From Lama guanicoe (taxonomy: Eukaryota), in contig MU053810.1 in the NCBI GenBank assembly GCA_013239625.1, forward strand, positions 372,001 to 436,000: a DNA stretch of 64,000 bases, given 5' to 3'. Positions within the stretch are counted from its first letter, which is position 1; each line of letters opens with the position of its first letter. The translations under genes were made by a program, and so were the position numbers. Below the pieces are notes generated by a model. The model was not told the DNA's origin. It saw only the letters and a program-made list of their open reading frames with translations, and made no database searches. Shown here one piece after another: positions 1-13,561 of the stretch.

Positions 1-1942
1 GTCTGTCCAGAGCCCCACACGGACACCAGGAGGACCCACCTGGGGTTGAACTCTGTTCCACTGTTAACAGTGTCATTACTAGAGGCAGTGACATACCCAT
101 ATTGCTGTCTGGTGTTAAACCAAGCTAATCCACACAGGGCAAAAATAATATTACATCTTGGCATTTTGAACAATTTTCTTCAGAAAGGTCCAGGCTTCCC
201 TCATCTGTGACCTTGCTTGGATCCCTGACTCGGAAACAGTATGACACCGTCTGGTCACAGATAAAGAAGCTGAATTAGAGAGTCTGGGGTGGTGTGGTCA
301 AGGTGACACCTGGCCGTCACAACCCAAGCCCCTGCCTCCCCTCCCAGGATTCCTGCAGTGCTCACAGCCCGGCCAACCGGCACCTTGACTTCCTCCAGCT
401 TCCCCGGCTCCATCCGGCCAGCCCTACCCTGCCTTCACCGAGACAGAGGCTGGTGGGCCTCTCCCCCCAGCCTGGTGGGTTCATCACCACTGGCCTTTCT
501 GGACTTGACCTGCTGGCTTCACCCCTGTGCTGCTGCCTGTCTCTACTTTTCCCCTATGTCAGGCAGACACTGGAGTAGAAGCAGCTCTAAAAACAGCACA
601 GCATCCTCAAGAAGCCCTCCGGCTCCCAGGAGCCACCCCCAGGCCAGGCAGCCTCAGGCCCCAGCCATGTTTCAGCTCCAGGGGGACCAGCGAGGCAGCC
701 ACGACCCCGAAGCCCCAACGCCGAGCTCTCCCCTCAGCTCCGTCTCACTCACTGACTGCATGCATCGGCTTTAGCCACATTTGCTAAAAATACACCTCGC
801 TCCTCTGTTACACTTACTAATACATTCTATTTCAGGCCTGTTTGCATTCTTGCTCAGAAATACCCGTATGGGTAGCAGTGAGAATGTGTAGAATGTTCGA
901 GCATTTCCTTCAGGAAGGCTCCTCCCTGCTCTGCTCTGCTCAGCACACAAATCTGCAGAGCAAATCCTTCTGCGCCCAATGGGAACTGGATAGAAAACCT
1001 CCCCACGCTGGATGGGAACTGGGGATACACAAGGAAGATCTGGGGTCAGAGGAGAAAGGAAAGGGCCAATAAGGAAACAGGTTCAGCTGCTGGCCCACCA
1101 GTGAAGTTCCATCCACACTTCCTCCTGCTCACACCTGCCCCCCACGGGCACATGCCCGGTCCCCAGAGTCACGGTCAGCCCAGAGGCAGTGGCAGAATGG
1201 CCTCTCCACTGGAGCCACATGACACACGTTAGGAACCAGGAGAACGTCTCAGAAAGGCACAAACCAGGCTGGACTCCACCAGCCATCCCCTGGAAGCTGT
1301 TTTCCACGTCTGAGGCCCAGAGAAATCATTCTTTCCACCGCACAGTGCTCCCCTTGGATGAGCTCATCCTCCCCGGCACCAACATCCCTCCGTACTGGCT
1401 TCCCTTGGCCGTCCTGGAAGAGCTCCCTGACTTTCCTGGCATTTCCTAGAACTCGGGCTCTCTCCTCCAATTACTTGGGGGACAATGAAAGCACTCCATC
1501 TCTGATCTGTGCCTTCTGGGATGCAAGAGGGAGAAGCCGTGTGTGGCCACTTTTCAAAGGTCTTAATTCCTGCCTCCTTCTTGTTTTACCTTAGGATCTT
1601 CCTTTTTCCCAACACATATTTAATACATTTTCCTTTTCTTGGAGGTGAAACACCAAAGGAAACAGTGACCGGGTGTTGCTGGCTGCAGAGAAGGGACTCT
1701 CGCAGAGGGGACCCCAGAACAGGGAGGCGGCCACCTGGGGGGAGCCGGTGCTCAGCACACAGCTGGGTCCACACTGATGTCTTTCTGATTACAATGCTTG
1801 TGGGCAACAGATACGTGGCTGAGCACAGCCGGACGCATTCAGAATGCCAGCTCCACCCTGCCCTTCCCAGGTCTCAGACCTTGGCTGGGTGCTCCAGCCT
1901 GAGCTTGGAGCGGGCATTCCCCAGTCACAGAATCAGATCTCT

Positions 1943-1974
<32 letters not shown>

Positions 1975-3371
1975 CATTTTCAAATAAAAGCCTGAGACCG
2001 AATGATGGCCCCTCAACCAAGACAGACTGGAGTCGCCCAAGGTCTGGAACTAGGGGGGCACTGCCAGCCCCACACACACCGGAAGTGGCCCAGCAGAGAT
2101 GGCTAATGGCAGGAAGGAGGCAAGGAACCCAGCCAGAAATTATCATAATGAAGGGTCATGAGAAAGAAAGGAATAGGAAGCTAAGGGTATTCCTCTAACT
2201 GCATTATCTCTTGCACTCTTCGCTAGCACCATGATCTGGCCCGGGAAATGATTATTAACAACCATCACACAGGCGATCCTAACGTCTGAAAATTTCCTGA
2301 ATCCCAGCGATAGCAGAATCTTATTTATCTAGGCTCGTTTCCATCCTTAGTAACAGAAAACCCTGGTATAAACAGAGCACCATCACGGCGCCCCATTGGT
2401 GAATTCAGATGACCAAAATTAGCCTTATCTCCTCGCAGTCTATCTTCAGGTGCTGCCGTTGAATTTGATTCCATCCGCGGAACAAAAGACAGTCACAATC
2501 ACGAGCTGTTTATCATGCACGCCGCGTAGGCTTGGCTCGGAAGCAGGCAGAGATGCAGATACGTGTGTAATAGACACACGCATATGGAAAAAACCCACTA
2601 ACACTGAGAAGTTTCCCAGACCTCATCCCTTTTCATTTTCTCTGCAAATCCTCTGAATAGCTCATCCTGCACACTGTAGCTGCCAAGACAGAAGAAATCC
2701 TATTATTCCAACTTTTTTTCCTTGAGCCTGAGGAGAATAGGGACCGTGGCCGGGGAGATTTTTTCAGCAGGAAAAACGTTATTTCTCCATTTAGCTACCA
2801 GGTGGTACAAAGGAAGTAGGAATGTCGGTGAGCTGACCTCAAGGCCCCCGCAAGTGGTCCCCACACGCCCATCCAGCTCTGAACATGACTTGGAAGAAAT
2901 CCCTTATTCCCTCCGAATCCCACCCCCCTGCCCCATCACCTCACTGTGAGTGCATTCTGTGGACCACAGGGGCAGGGGGGGTGGAGAGAAGCAGGGAGAG
3001 CGAGCAGGAGCAGGCGATCCCAGTTCACCTCCCTCTCTTCAGAGAGATGCTAAAAGGATTAAAGAGGTAATTATTGCTTCTGGAGCTCTTCAGCTATAAG
3101 ATGCTCTATAAATACCAATAACCACCCTCTCAAGAGAAAACACGTTTCATTACAGTGGAGGTAAACGCTGCAGCAGCCTGCAAGGAAGACGGGTGCATCT
3201 GGAGGGATCTTCTGCTGTCCTGAGGGGACCCAGAGAAATCACCCAGCAGACCCACACAGCAACCTGCTCCCATGGAGACCAGAGCTCCCTGCCTGCTGGC
3301 ATCTGACATGCCTATCCAAGTTTATGTGTCCATCCAGTGCACACTTACTAGGCACCCAGTGTCTGCCCAGT

Positions 3372-3610
3372 ACAGCCCTGTGATTAAGCACATGGGCTCT
3401 GGAGTGAGGCTGCCCAGTGGGAATCCTGGCTCTGCCCACTGGCCAGTTGTCTGACCTCAGCCAAGTCCCTTAACCTCTGTGCAGCGAGGACACGGAGGTC
3501 CTCACTCCAAACATGGGGATGATAACGGAAGCCACTTCACCAGGTCCCGGTGAGGATTCATGGGTTCATCTGTGTCCAGTGGTCAGACCGCTGTCTGACA
3601 TGCAGCGAGG
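3372..3610 (+). mobile_element. MIR SINE relic
   Basis: Diverged MIR core: gattaagcacatgggctctggagt...aatcctggctctgcccact...tgacctcagccaagtcccttaacctctgt...atggggatgataa. Confidence 0.65.
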
Positions 3611-4222
3611 ACCAGAGAAGGGACCTTACTTATCAAATGTACGGGTGGACAGTATTTTATTTCTCGACTGTTTTAAATTAGACAATTGTAGCATTAAAAT
3701 CAAGAGGGAAGGAAGGATGTAGCAGAGAAGTGGACCTAGCACTTACCCACGTGTGGAAAACAGAGAAGATGAGGTCCCTAACTGGGAGCCTCCAGAGCCC
3801 CAACCGTGAAGGGTGGTCGGTGTTTTTATCTTCAGCTGCCAGGAAGTGGCATCTGAAGGCAGTAGGAGGAAGAGCGTCATCCCAGATGCTGTTCAGAACG
3901 GTCGGCTCACAGTCATCACAAAGTCATCACTACTGTTTGAAGTTCTGTACTGGCAATGCCCTGTCTCGGCTCTTGCCCCTGCCCCTTCCCCTTGCCTCGT
4001 TACCTCCCTCAAGCCTGCCAGGATCTCACCAAAAAGAGAAAGAGCATCCACCTGAATCTCTGACCGGGAAGACCTGAGTCCATCCACCCTGGGCAGTGAG
4101 CAGCCGTCCCTCCACCACAGGTGCCTGAGGTGCACTTCCCACCAAGCAAAGGGCACACCTGCTGTCGGACACACCCTGGTGTGACTCCCTGTCCCGCCAC
4201 CACTTAGCCGGATGGCGGCGAG

Positions 4223-4399
4223 CAGTGGTTCCCAAAGTGCGGTCCCTACACCAGCAGGCCTCCCCCGGGGACTTGCTAGCCATGCAACTTCTGCTCCATC
4301 ACAGACTTGCTGTATGAGAAACTCTGGGGATGGGGACCAGCAGCCTGGTGTAAACACCATCCTGGGATTCTGATGCCTGCTCAGGTTTGAGAACCACTG
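4223..4399. mobile_element. MER5A-type hAT-Charlie non-autonomous DNA transposon
   Basis: Terminal inverted repeats CAGTGGTTCCCAAA ... TTTGAGAACCACTG, 177 bp long, MER5A-like interior. Confidence 0.8.
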
Positions 4400-4409
4400 G
4401 CTTCAAGAC

Positions 4410-4580
4410 AGTTCCTTAACTTTTTCTGGGTCACAGATTTCTCAACCAGCAAAGGGGGTTAACAGCACTCACTCATGAGGTTAAAATGTAAGAATGAAAT
4501 GAGACAACACCTGTCAAGCCCTGGGTAAGGTGCCCCAAATCTGGCAGACACGCCACACACGGCACCTATTGTTGCTACTA
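4410..4580 (+). mobile_element. MIR 3' part
   Basis: ttccttaact...aatgaaatgagacaacacctgtcaagccctgg...cctattgttgctactatc resembles the MIR 3' half. Confidence 0.45.
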
Positions 4581-5559
4581 TCAGTGTCAGTGGGGCAACT
4601 CACAAAACAGCAGTAGCTCAGAGACAGCCAGAGACCGACCAGAATCCATGACAGCCCTGCTTTTCAGGGAAGCGGTTTAAAGGACATTCCAAGGAGAGAA
4701 GCTAGGGGAACTGGTAGGTACACTGGACCTTGTCCAAGGTCAGCCGAGGTCCCCTAGGATCCTGGGGCCACTAATCTGCGCCACCTGTGATTTATGGAGG
4801 TTCCCACAAACTCTGATCTCTCAAGCATCTTGGGGGTTAGGAATCCCAGAAATTAAAAATATTCCCCATTTTATTGTTAAAATAAGGATAATGTGAGTTT
4901 TGAGAAAATGCCTCCAGAGGGAGAACTAGAGGTGTCTGAGTTCAAACACCAGTATTTATAATGTATCGTGCTCTGAATCGCTGACGGGTATTTTTAGTAG
5001 GGAACAGCAGTAAGAATCCTGTCCAGGCTGACAGTGTCCGGAATCCACGAGCTAAGGGCAGAGCGTGAGGGAAGAAGTTCATCCTGGATTAAACACCACC
5101 ATTACCTGAAACAACTCTGGCAGAGGTTGCGAGGGCCCCTGAACAGCGTAATGCACAGGACGCTTGTCAATATCTTGTCCCCTCTGGCATCCGACAGTTG
5201 GCTGCTCCCACCTCCCTCCATCGCCCCCTTTGCCTCCCAACCCACACCTGTCCCAGCTGTCCTGTCATCACCCTGACCTCCCTTCCACTCTCCTCTGTGG
5301 CTCCTCCCCCAGCTCATGCACCTGCCCCGCCTCTTGCCTCCTCTTCCAGCCCATCTGCTGAAATCCCATTCCCAGGGGAGTCTGGAGTCTGTGCTGTGCA
5401 TATGAAGATAGCGGAACGGGGAAGTCACAGGTCAGGTGCCATCTTGGAGCCACCTTGGTTTCACTGTCCCCTATACTGGATGCAACAGTGGACAAAGAGA
5501 CTGGTCTCCTGTCTTTGGTCTTCTCTTCTTGTGCCCTTTTTCTCTCTATCAATCTCCTC

Positions 5560-5720
5560 CTCCTCCATACTGGGATGACCTCCCTGGCTACCTCCAGCCC
5601 CGGGTTAGTCCTGAGCACTGGAACTTCATATCCCACCACCTGCTTAGTAACCTCCACCTGGATGTTACACCAGCATCTTGAGATCAAGATATCCAAAAGG
5701 AAACCCATCATCCTTCCCAC
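5560..5720 (+). mobile_element. L2 LINE fragment
   Basis: acctgcttagtaacctccacctggatgttacaccagcatcttgagatcaagatatccaaa is a typical L2 motif. Confidence 0.5.
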
Positions 5721-6562
5721 TACATCCATTATGACTCACCCCAAATTCAACTTCAGACTGGGGCACAAAAATTCAGGTGCAAAAACTTACAACATTCAAT
5801 ATCAAATGACTCTCCTAAGTTTCATCTGTCATCTTTGAAATCAAGCAAGAGACTATTAACCTTCATGTCAGAGTTCCAAAAGAAAAAAAATCCTCACATA
5901 ATAAGAGAAATTTCTGTAAAGAAATATAACCATCTTCTTTGAAAAGGAATCTAAATTTACACTAACGATAATGTATCTTTGGTTCATTTTCTAATCACAT
6001 TATACAGGTGTGCTGTAATAATCCCTACCCTGCAGATCACCTGCGGGCCCATGGAACGTCTTCCTCTATTTCAGAGAGGCCCAAAAGAGACGCATTATCT
6101 GTCATCTCTCAATACCCTCCCCATCTGTTAGTCCTGCCAGTTAATAGGACCGTGTGGTCGCCCAAGCTAGAAATTTGGGATTCCCTCCGGACTCTTTTCT
6201 CTTCCTCGTGCCCCACCATGAAGTGCAAACCCATGAATGTCCCTATTTCTACTTCCCAGACTGTGCCCAGATCAGCACTGCTGTCCCTGTGCCTGTCCCG
6301 GTACCCCACCTCCGCCAGCACCTCCACAGCTGAGCGACATCCTCACCTCCTGCCTGGAATTTATCAGTGAGCGCTGCCTGTGTAATGTCCACTATGTCTC
6401 CTATTTCATAAAAGTAGGGAGGAGAGTCCATTCTAAACCACACTCCTCCTGCAATCTGCCTCTAATATTACATTAAATGTGATTCAGCGTGGTAGGGGAG
6501 GAAGCGGGAGAAGGAGGCAAATTCCATGCCCATAAACACAACTTTATTTTAGTTCTCAAATT

Positions 6563-7033
6563 CAAACCCCATGACCCAAAAGAACTGACTGCAGGGAACT
6601 GAGCAGATATCTGATATATGTTCACAGTAGCACGGGTCACAACAGCCAAAAGATGGAAGCAGCCCAAGTGCCTGTTGACGGACGAATGGAGCAACAAAAT
6701 GTGGTCTCACCATCCGGCGCAATACTATTCGGCCTTGTTGACACATGCTACAACGTGGATGATCCTTGAGGACATTGTAAGTGAAACAACCCAGACACAA
6801 CAAGATAAATACAATATGATTCCATGTATAGGAAGTACCTACAGTGGTCAAATTCACAAACACAGAGAGTAGGATGGTGCTTGCCAGGGGCTGGAGGGTG
6901 GGGATTGGGGGTTGGGAAATGGGGAGTTGTTCTGTAGGTACAGTTTCAGTTTTGGAAGATCAAAAGAGACCTAGAGATGGATGGTGGTGATGGTTCCACA
7001 ACAGTGTGAATGTACTCAATGCCAATGAACTTG
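6563..7033 (+). mobile_element. Old L1 (L1MB-like) 3' fragment
   Basis: Degenerate ORF2 C-terminus (MFTVARVTTAKRWKQPKCLLTDEWSNKMW) followed by an L1MB-type 3' UTR (gagatggatggtggtgatggtt...gtgaatgtactcaatgcc). Confidence 0.85.
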
Positions 7034-7039
7034 TGTCTC

Positions 7040-7340
7040 CAGCTTCACCTACGCTGTTCCTTCTACTCCACGCTGACCTGGCAAGCTCTTCACAGGGTGT
7101 CACTTCACCCATGATGGCTTTCCTGAATCCCAGACAGAGACAGACTTATGCCCACTTTCCTCTGTGTTTCCAACAGCCCTCGCCCACCATCAAAGCAATG
7201 CGTGTCGTGGACACATGTCTGCTTACCTGGCCCTCTCGGTAAGGAACAGAGGGCTCCTGGGAGGCAGGGGCTGCTCATGTGGCCTCGAGCAGAGGGCCTG
7301 GCACACAGAAGATGCCCAATGATGGATGGACGGATGGATG
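7040..7340 (+). mobile_element. L2 3' end
   Basis: Ends in ggcctggcacacagaag...gatggatggacggatgg, the typical L2 tail. Confidence 0.5.
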
Positions 7341-8460
7341 CTGAGCATAGAAAGAGAGAGCCTGATACCAGGCATGACGGGAGAGGATGAAAGAGACAGG
7401 CAGGACTAAAGGCAGGAGGTCTCATCCGGGAGAAGCTTGTGCTCCAGGGAAAGGAAGAGAAGCAAGGTTTTGTATCTCAGGAAGGAAGAAATCAAAGGAC
7501 AAGAGGGGCTGAGCAATCTGAGACATTGCGCACAGAGTATCTGAGGCCCACGGGTCTCACCAGGGCCCAAGCCATCGATGCACGTGATAAATCCAGACAT
7601 GAACACAAACAAATGATGGGGGTCTGCATGGATAGCGTCTGCATCTCAAAACGTCCTCACACCTCAGAAAACTGAGTGATGCCCCCCACACGCCATGCAC
7701 TGGGCAAAGGAGAAGAATAAAATGGGCAGAGACATCTCCGATGAAATGGAGACTCGCAGCCAAGCTCAGAAACGTGGCTTTCTCAACATGTCTCTCCTTG
7801 TTGGGCCAGCAGTAAAGGAGGAAACCTGAGATCCATTCAGCAGGTGGAGAGATGGGTGGAGAACTCAAGCTGGGGCGGAGGGTGGCAGGGGTTCCTTGGT
7901 TCTCAGAAACTTATGAGCTGACGTACCCTCGGCCAGCACCCTGGCGGCTGGGACAGCGCCTGGCCTTTAACCGTCAGGTTTTTGGTTGCTGAGCTCTAAT
8001 CGAAGACCCAGGACACGCTTCACAGGGTCACCTGAAAGCTAAAGCCGGCCCCACACCAGCCACTGAAAACGGAGCTCACCACCTTGAATGAGATGCTGTT
8101 TCCAGTTAGATGTCAACACTGGGACGTGTGAGCTCAGGCCCCAAAGTCAACATGAAAGGGAATCCAACCAGGAGCCCCATCTGCACCCAGACACACTGAT
8201 GCGGACCCGGGCTAACTCCCCCTCCTCAAGAGCAGCAAGCCCGCACCCCACCACCGCGGGGAGCACGCGCAGCGGCAGAGTCCCGTGATCAATGACAGCT
8301 CAGCCTCCAGCTTCTGATCGACAACCCCCGAAGAGGAAGCAGAACTAAAAATAGACACGTGGGAAAACACACAAGGATGGAAGGAAGAAAGGGAGCAAAA
8401 GAGGAAGATGAGAGGGTACTAGTGGGCCCCTGACTGCAAGAGGGCGAGTCAACCCTGGCT

Positions 8461-8600
8461 ACACACACACACACGCACATGCACATGCACATCTACCCAC
8501 ATGCACACACACACACACGTACATCACATACATACACACTATACACACATACTTACAGATGTACACACACATATACACACATCACACACATACACACACA
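8461..8600. repeat. Imperfect (CA)n/(CATA)n microsatellite
   Basis: About 140 bp of directly visible alternating purine-pyrimidine repeats. Confidence 0.9.
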
Positions 8601-10247
8601 GGGGCCCCGTTTAGTATAGAGGCAGCAGGGCACTGGGCTATGACACACACTCAAGCAAAGACAGGGTTTCTTGGGATTCAACACATATACATAGCATTTG
8701 GGGGGAAAGACTTACAGTATGCAAAAATGCCCAGACATGTCATTTAACGAGAAATGGAAGAAACAACATATAATATGAAAGTGATTGTGTTAACTAGTTA
8801 TGCATAAAAAAGCCTGGAAAACACATAAAAAATTTAACAGTAGTTATTTTTGAGAGGCAGGAGATTACAGTTGATTTTTATATTCTTCTTCAAGTCTTTG
8901 TATATTATACAAAGCGGGGGAAAGCACATTTGCCTTAATTCACAAAAGCAAGCTTCTAGGTACTACATAGAAAGCCACGGTTTTCAAAAGCATTAGAGGA
9001 AATCATTATGAAACCTGGGAGGCAAATGTCGCCCTCGAGGCCAACTTGTTTATATAATAATGGACATTTTGAGACAATCTGAAAAACCTAATTATTTAGT
9101 TGCTTACTAATATGTGAACATTTGGAACCACTGAGACATATCTTTGAATACAAAGAAAAACCCAAAGCAATCAAGCAGAAATTCACCATCCTTTTTCTGG
9201 TATTCAGCCATTTATTAGAATACCAGAATGTGCCCTGAATAAAATGTTTAATACTTCAGAAGAAGAATAACCTAGTAAACCAAAAAAGTGAGAGCAGAGG
9301 AAAAAATCTGCCAGGAAGAACAAGGCTCAGCGAGAACTGATTATATACAAAAGCTTAAAAGAACAACTTAACACATGCGTTTCCCAAATCCCTTGAAAGG
9401 GTCATTTTAACTACATCGATCTCCAAGTGAAATCTAACATTATTCTTTTCAGAAGCTGCAAATTTAAAAATTGGGTTCTGAAAACCTTATTAAATAATAT
9501 TACACTATGTTCGCAAAAGCATTTTATGATATTAGGTTTTCCTGGGAAAAAAAGTTCTCGGGGTTCCCACAGGATAGACTGTTGATTATGCAATTATTTA
9601 AGAATTAGTAATTCCCTGTAAAAGGTGTGTCTTTTATTTTCCAAATCTATAGCAGAGGGTGGCAAACCAAATAAGGGAGTATTATGCAAATGCCACCTTC
9701 CTTGGCTGTATCTAAGCGAAGGCAGGGAATGTACTGCTGGCGGCCTGCACACCCCAGAGGGAAAGAGTTAATTCCATGCTAGTTACTTGCACAGGCTGAA
9801 ATGCAGACATTTCTAAGCCTAGCTATGCCAAGGAGAGAGTGGGGGGAACCTCTATTCTGTAACCTAGAATGCTGGATTTAGCTCAGGAATATAAAAATGC
9901 TGGGTGGTTCTTCTCTCCCTAAATAGAAACAAGGCCACATCCCCACTTCAGAGAAGCCCCCTGAGGGTCAGTGGGGCAGTGACATCATCAAGGGTCCCAG
10001 GAAGATAACCAGCTCTTTGTCCTACCCGACACCGCTCCCGCCTCTCCTCTCCCCACCTCCTCTGTGTCATGGGAGCTGCAGGTCCTCCTTCCCTCCGAAT
10101 CTCTCCCTGTGGAGAAGCTGACTTCATTTCCATCAGCATTAAGGACCCACCTTTCCAGGGCAGGATGCTGTGCAGGCTGCTGAGGGCAGGGGAGATTTGG
10201 GACTAGGAAGAGGCTGCCAAGTAATAGACAGAAAGAGGCACCACCAG

Positions 10248-11247
10248 AATGTAAACTGATGCAGTCACCATGGAAGACAGAACAGAGATTCCCTACAGAA
10301 CTAAAAATTGAGTTACCATATGATCCAGCAACCCCACTTCTGGGTATACATCTGGAGAAACCTTTAATTCAAAAAGCATCTAGATGTCCATTCACAAACA
10401 TAGAAAACAAACTTATGATTACCAGGGGTGAAAGGGGGTGGGAAGGGATAAATTGGGAGTTCAAGATTTGCAGATGCTAACTACTATATACAAAATGGAT
10501 AAACAACAAGGTCCTACTATATAGCACAGGGAACTATATTCAATATCTTATAGTAAACCTATAAGGAAAATGAATATGAAAAGGATCATATGTATATATA
10601 TGTATGACTGAAACATGATGCTATACACCAGAAACTGACACATTATAAACTGACTATACTTCAATTTAAAAATACAAAAAGATACATGAACCCCAATGTT
10701 CACAGCAGCACTATTTACAAAAGCCAAAACATGGAAGTAATCTCAATGTCCATTGACAGATGACTGGATAAAGAACACCCTTATATATAATAGAATATTA
10801 CTCAGCCATAAAAAAGAATGAAATAATGCCATTTGCAGCAACATGGATGGACCTAGAGATTATTGTACTAAGTAAAGTTAGACAGAGAAAGACTAATATC
10901 ATGTGATGTCACTTGTATGCAGAATCTAAAATATGATACAAATGAACTTATGTACAAAACAGAAAGAGACTTACATACATAGAGAATAAATCTACGGTTA
11001 CCAAAGAGGGAAGAGGGGGAGGGATAAATTAGGAGTTTGGGATTGGCAGATACAAGCTATTATACATAAAATAGATAAACAATAAGGTCCTATTGTACAG
11101 CACAGGGAACAACATTCAATATCTTATAATAACCTATAATGAAAAAGAATACGAAAAAGAATATATATGTGTAACTGAATCACCTTGCTGTACACCAGAA
11201 ACTAACACAACACTGTAAATCAACTATACTTCAATTAAAAAAAAAAA
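10248..11247 (+). mobile_element. 5'-truncated L1 (ORF2 end plus 3' UTR) with TSD, interrupted by a nested L1
   Basis: ELKIELPYDPATPLLGI ORF2 motif, poly(A) at 11237-11250, 16-bp TSD AAAGAGGCACCACCAG at 10232-10247 and 11248-11263. Confidence 0.93.
10377..10670 (+). mobile_element. Nested L1 3' UTR fragment
   Basis: A second L1 3' end inside the first, flanked by AATTCAAAAAG (10366-10376) and AATACAAAAAG (10671-10681). The host L1 resumes at atacatgaaccccaatgttc. Confidence 0.85.
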
Positions 11248-11998
11248 AAAGAGGCACCACCAGTTATCCAGTACCTAATAGTTGCTTGCCTGATTCTGAT
11301 AAGAAAAACGACCCCATGAAAGGAAAGCATGACAAAGATAGAAGCTAATTCTCCTCAAACCTTCAATAAATTCTGGCTCAGAAGGTGTAGGGTGTAGTCT
11401 GGGATTTGGGTGCAGACCAGACCTGGAGCCCCTGCAAACCTAAAGTATCACACGTGTTCCTGCCACGTGGGCTGGAGGTTGGAGGGAAAAGGCAAAGGCA
11501 CAGGGAGGAGGGGCGCTGGCTCATCCCTGGAAAATGCCAAAGTTCCCTCCTTGCCTTTGGGCTGCCAGACTGTCTTCTTCTATTCTGAGCCCTACAAGGC
11601 CCTGGGAAAGCCTGTCCTCCCCAACTAGGGACCCCCAACCCCAGTCATCCCACACTCGGCTCTCCTCTGCATCTGGGAACCAGCCTCATCCCAGCACACG
11701 TCCACAAAGTCTGGGTCTATCTTTGCCCCAGGAAGCCGACAACCTGGCTTTTATTCTCCTCGATCACACTTCATCATTTGGAAATCACTTGAAAAAAACC
11801 GTATTTGAATAAAATCAGCAGATCCTCTGAATGACATGGATGGACAGTATCCAAGCCATGATATTGTGCTATAGTTTTATAAGATGTTGCCACTGGGAGG
11901 AACTAGGTAAAAGGTACCCGAGATGTCTCTGTATTATTCATAATATACATAATTCCTGTATTCATGTAAATCAACAATCACTCCAATTAAAATGTCCA

Positions 11999-12162
11999 GG
12001 GGCAAGGGTGTAGCTCAAGTGGTAGAGCACATGCTTAGCATGCCTGAGGTCCTGGGTTCAACCCCCAGTACCTCCTCTAAAAATAAATAAACCTAATCAC
12101 CCTTCCCCCATCAAAAAATAATAATAAATAAAATACAATAATGAACAAATAAAATTATAAAA
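11999..12162 (+). mobile_element. vic-1-like tRNA-derived SINE (camelid)
   Basis: A box TAGCTCAAGTGG, B box GGTTCAACCC, A-rich tail, 11-bp TSD TAAAATGTCCA at 11988-11998 and 12163-12173. Confidence 0.88.
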
Positions 12163-12710
12163 TAAAATGTCCATTAAAGATAATCCAAAGAACACACTTT
12201 ATACACTTCATGTGAATAGAGACCAACCAAGAGGTCATCCAACTTACAGACACACTGAGCCTGGCGGCCATCCACACTGTCACTCACTTTTCAGCAAATA
12301 CATAAGTCAGCGCTCAGAAACCATGCCAGGCATTACGACATCTGTCTCAGCTGATGTTCACAGAAAATGAACAGTCATGGGAGAAAAATCACTGAGGAAG
12401 CCCTTGTGTGACTGACGATTCTATACTTTTAAACAGAGGTGGAAATATTTACACACCCATTAAATGCCCACACTGTTCAGTTTGGGACCTGGCTCCAGGA
12501 ACAATTCATCAGTTACCAGAGCTCCAACTGTCAAGAAAACTGGGGTTCCCAAGCACCACCTTGGACTACTTACGACATGCTTAAAGATGCTAGCATCCCT
12601 TTATGCCTTCTGCTCCTTGCATATTTAAGAGTAAGTTTTTTAAGTGGCCGGGAGACAGAGGAGCTAGTACTTCATTTGCTTCAAAATGAGTTCTCAAAAC
12701 ACTGTGTGCT

Positions 12711-13288
12711 TCAAGATATCTTCGCATTTCTTTGTATCATCTTCAATTTCCCTATTCAATGTTTTACAGTTTCCAAAGTATAAGTAATCTCCTTGGTTAC
12801 GTTTATTTCTAGGTATTTTGTTCTTTTTGATGCAATGGAAACGTTTATGTCCGTTGTAAAATTCTGGTTTTTGAAGTGGAAAAAAAAGTGAATGAAAGGC
12901 TGAAAATGGCAAAATATCCTCCTTTCTTATGGGTGAGTTGTATTCCATTACATGTATATGCTGCATCTTCTTTATCTATTCATTTATTGATGTGCACTTA
13001 CGATGCTTCCATATCTTGGCAATTATAAATAATGTTACTGTTAATAGTGGTGTATGTGTATCTTTTTGAATTCTTATTTTGTGGTTGGCTTTATTCCTTT
13101 GATAACTATGTAAGTTTAAAAAGCTAAAGTTCTAGACATTCTTAGAGACAATGAACAGTACATATATGTGAACTCAAAAAAAAGTGCAGAATATTGTGTA
13201 TATGTATTTGTATGCAATACATTGTTTATGTGCAGCCAAACTGTAGCAATTCTACCTAATAAAGCTGAAAACTGAAAAAACAACAATG
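12711..13288. mobile_element. Composite, rearranged L1 insertion
   Basis: Antisense ORF2 piece at about 12718-12840 (KTLNREIEDDTKK), antisense ORF2 C-terminal piece at about 12903-13085, and a sense L1-type terminus aataaagctgaaaa near 13260. Flanked by ACACTGTGTGCT at 12699-12710 and 13289-13300. Confidence 0.65.
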
Positions 13289-13561
13289 ACACTGTGTGCT
13301 GTGTAGCCAGAAAGCTCCAAATCTCTTAAACAAGCAAAAAGCACCTTGGCCATGACAACTGTCATTTAACACGTTGCTTTGTTTGGCAGCTACCATTTGC
13401 CTAGACGAGATGTAGCTCTCAACTCCTTTCAACAGCCCTTCAGGGCTACCGTGGTGACATTCGTCTAACTCAGAAGGACCAAAGACACAGTCCCAAGGGA
13501 CAGAGCTTTAAAGGACTGACCATCTTCCTTGGCTTATCTATTTGCTTGTACGTATCAAAAG

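Noticed and set aside
1509..2198. 229-aa ORF (and the 234-aa ORF at 30068-30772)
   Set aside because: Non-ATG starts, no recognisable domains, and they run through an A-tract or an LTR relic. Such ORFs are expected by chance in GC-rich DNA.
2450..2525. Plus-strand exon-like open stretch after TCTATCTTCAG
   Set aside because: Competing upstream AG, weak donor and no recognisable protein.
11999..12075. tRNA-Ala-like genes here and at about 41864 and 62167
   Set aside because: A-rich tails, TSDs and divergence show that these are SINE heads, not tRNA genes.
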